DNA of 64,000 nucleotides, taken from a virus. This document shows, one piece after another, positions 62,582 through 64,000 of the stretch; the first letter of the stretch is position 1; each line of letters opens with the position of its first letter. The stretch lies in IMG/VR virus record IMGVR_UViG_3300046062_000024. One strand, given 5' to 3'. Both the position numbers and the translations under genes were made by a program. Below the pieces are notes generated by a model, which had not been told where the DNA came from, searched no databases, and worked only from the letters and a program-made list of their open reading frames with translations.

Positions 62582-63141
62582 TGCCGATAGAGCCCGAACA
62601 CATCGACGGGATGCCGGACTGTATCGAGGACCTCCGGGCCGCCATCAACAAGTGGGGCGAGGTCCACAACGAGACCGCGACGGTCGGTCGGTTAACTATC
62701 GACTTCTCGACCACCGACGACAACGGCCTGAGCCTGATGGCGAAAGCCAGCGCCGGCAGGTACGGGTCCAGCGTCGTCGTGGACACGACGAACGCGGAGG
62801 TCGTGACCGGCACAATCCGGCTCGGCGACCTCGCGCTCCCCGAGGGCGCCGACCTGTTCTTGGCGAAAGTCGAGGTCGAGAAACTCATCGACAAAGCGGA
62901 CCCGCCGGCGACGGCCAGTACGATAGATGACGACGCCGGCCTCTACGTGCGGATGCGGAGCATGGCAGGGAACCACCTCGCCCGCGAGGGCGATGACATC
63001 GTCCACGTCGAACTCAACGCCCGCATGGACATCAAGGAGTTCACCGACTGGTACCGGCGATTCATACGGGTCTACAATCGGGAGAAGGCATCCATCCGCG
63101 AGCGAACCATCGAGTTGGGTGCTTCGGAGGACGAATTATGA
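62578..63141 (+). CDS. Hypothetical protein (187 aa)
   Basis: Overlap-coupled. Confidence 0.75.
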   Translation: MMPIEPEHIDGMPDCIEDLRAAINKWGEVHNETATVGRLTIDFSTTDDNGLSLMAKASAGRYGSSVVVDTTNAEVVTGTIRLGDLALPEGADLFLAKVEVEKLIDKADPPATASTIDDDAGLYVRMRSMAGNHLAREGDDIVHVELNARMDIKEFTDWYRRFIRVYNREKASIRERTIELGASEDEL

Positions 63142-63509
63142 GTGACTTCGCCCCGCCACCGACCCCGACCGCGAAACTCGAAATCATCGTCAGGTTCGTC
63201 CAGGACGTAGAAGAACTACCGCCGGGCCACGAGGACACCATCCAGGCGTCGGTGTCGAAGAAAGCCCGTGAGGCGGGCATCACGCCGGACCCCATCTTCG
63301 TCCACCAGGACGTGTCGATGACGTTCGACGAACCATTGGAGCCCAACACGCTCAACGAACTGGCGTTCCAGTTAGAGGAGACGACGATTTCGGCCGACCA
63401 GCTACCCCGGTTGACGCGCATCATCGTGGATACCTGCCGCGACTTCGAGGTGCCGGCGAGCCAGGAGAACGTCCTCGTCTCCACGTATGCCCCATTCACC
63501 ATCTCATAA
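63138..63509 (+). CDS. Hypothetical protein (123 aa)
   Basis: ATGA overlap. Confidence 0.7.
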   Translation: MSDFAPPPTPTAKLEIIVRFVQDVEELPPGHEDTIQASVSKKAREAGITPDPIFVHQDVSMTFDEPLEPNTLNELAFQLEETTISADQLPRLTRIIVDTCRDFEVPASQENVLVSTYAPFTIS

Positions 63510-63524
63510 CCCCTATATCCATAG

Positions 63525-64000
63525 ATGACGGGCAGAGACGACCTACGCACGGTATCCGTCGATGCGGACGATGAATACGGCGCGCAACTCTACGTCTCCG
63601 ACGAACGCCCGGCGCGCGGCGACATGGACCCGATAGCAAACCAGGAGGCGAACCTGCGGAAACCGAGCGGCGGCCTGTGGACCTCGACGCACACCGGCGA
63701 CGGCACGTTGTCGTCGTGGGTGTCGTGGGCTGCCGGCGAGAACTTCTACGACGGCAGCGAGAAGGCCTGGAGGCTCACGCTGACCGCCGGCACGGAACTA
63801 CTCGTCATCGACGGCAGACAGGACCTCGCCGACATCGTGGACGTGTACCCCCGGGAGGCGCCGCATCAGGCCATCCACGAGGGCCCGGGAATCGACTATG
63901 AGGCCACAAGCGACTATCACGACGGCATCTGGTTGACGGCGGAGGGACAGCGAGAGACCCGGTTGGCGTCGAAAGGGACGGTGACGCTGTACGGGTGGGA
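63525..64000 (+). CDS. Hypothetical protein, truncated by window edge
   Basis: Open frame MTGRDDLRT...KPSGGLWTS...HDGIWLT...LYGW running off the end; not in the ORF track. Confidence 0.7.
   Translation, partial: MTGRDDLRTVSVDADDEYGAQLYVSDERPARGDMDPIANQEANLRKPSGGLWTSTHTGDGTLSSWVSWAAGENFYDGSEKAWRLTLTAGTELLVIDGRQDLADIVDVYPREAPHQAIHEGPGIDYEATSDYHDGIWLTAEGQRETRLASKGTVTLYGW

Overview
A haloarchaeal mobile element: high GC, strongly acidic proteins, an archaeal Hjc resolvase, and TTAAG/TATA-like boxes about 25-30 bp before many starts. It is most likely a virus, provirus or virus-like plasmid; no cellular housekeeping genes are visible. (1) From 1 to 14.8 kb there is a minus-strand array of 32 short, mostly single-gene units that runs off the left edge. 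Each unit is headed by the same 18-bp element, GCCCCGAGAGGGGCGTGA (minus strand), 3-8 nt before its start codon. The element is a GC stem with a GAGA tetraloop fused to an SD-like GTGA, and it is usually preceded by a variable GC hairpin right after the upstream stop. (2) From 14.8 to 17.2 kb there is a 1.5-kb non-coding region, then a divergently oriented tyrosine recombinase, which is an integron-like layout. A strong TATA box at 15950 would start a structured RNA whose 5' end (UCACGCCCCUC) is exactly antisense to the repeated element. (3) From 17 to 32 kb: a metalloprotease, an S8 protease, a LAGLIDADG endonuclease, a HiPIP-like protein, two isoprenoid-synthase-family genes (one carrying an intein), a 7-repeat HTH protein and an Mrp/MinD-like ATPase. 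(4) A primase-polymerase/helicase at 32.7-35.7 kb. (5) From 38 to 52 kb: a probable virion module with membrane proteins, a duplicated two-gene spike-like block and a beta-helix protein, but no recognisable terminase, portal or tail tube. (6) From 52 to 64 kb: AbrB-like, J-domain, Hjc, second S8 protease, Gly-rich giant protein, ART-like and unknown genes. All calls come from reading motifs by eye; no database search was run.
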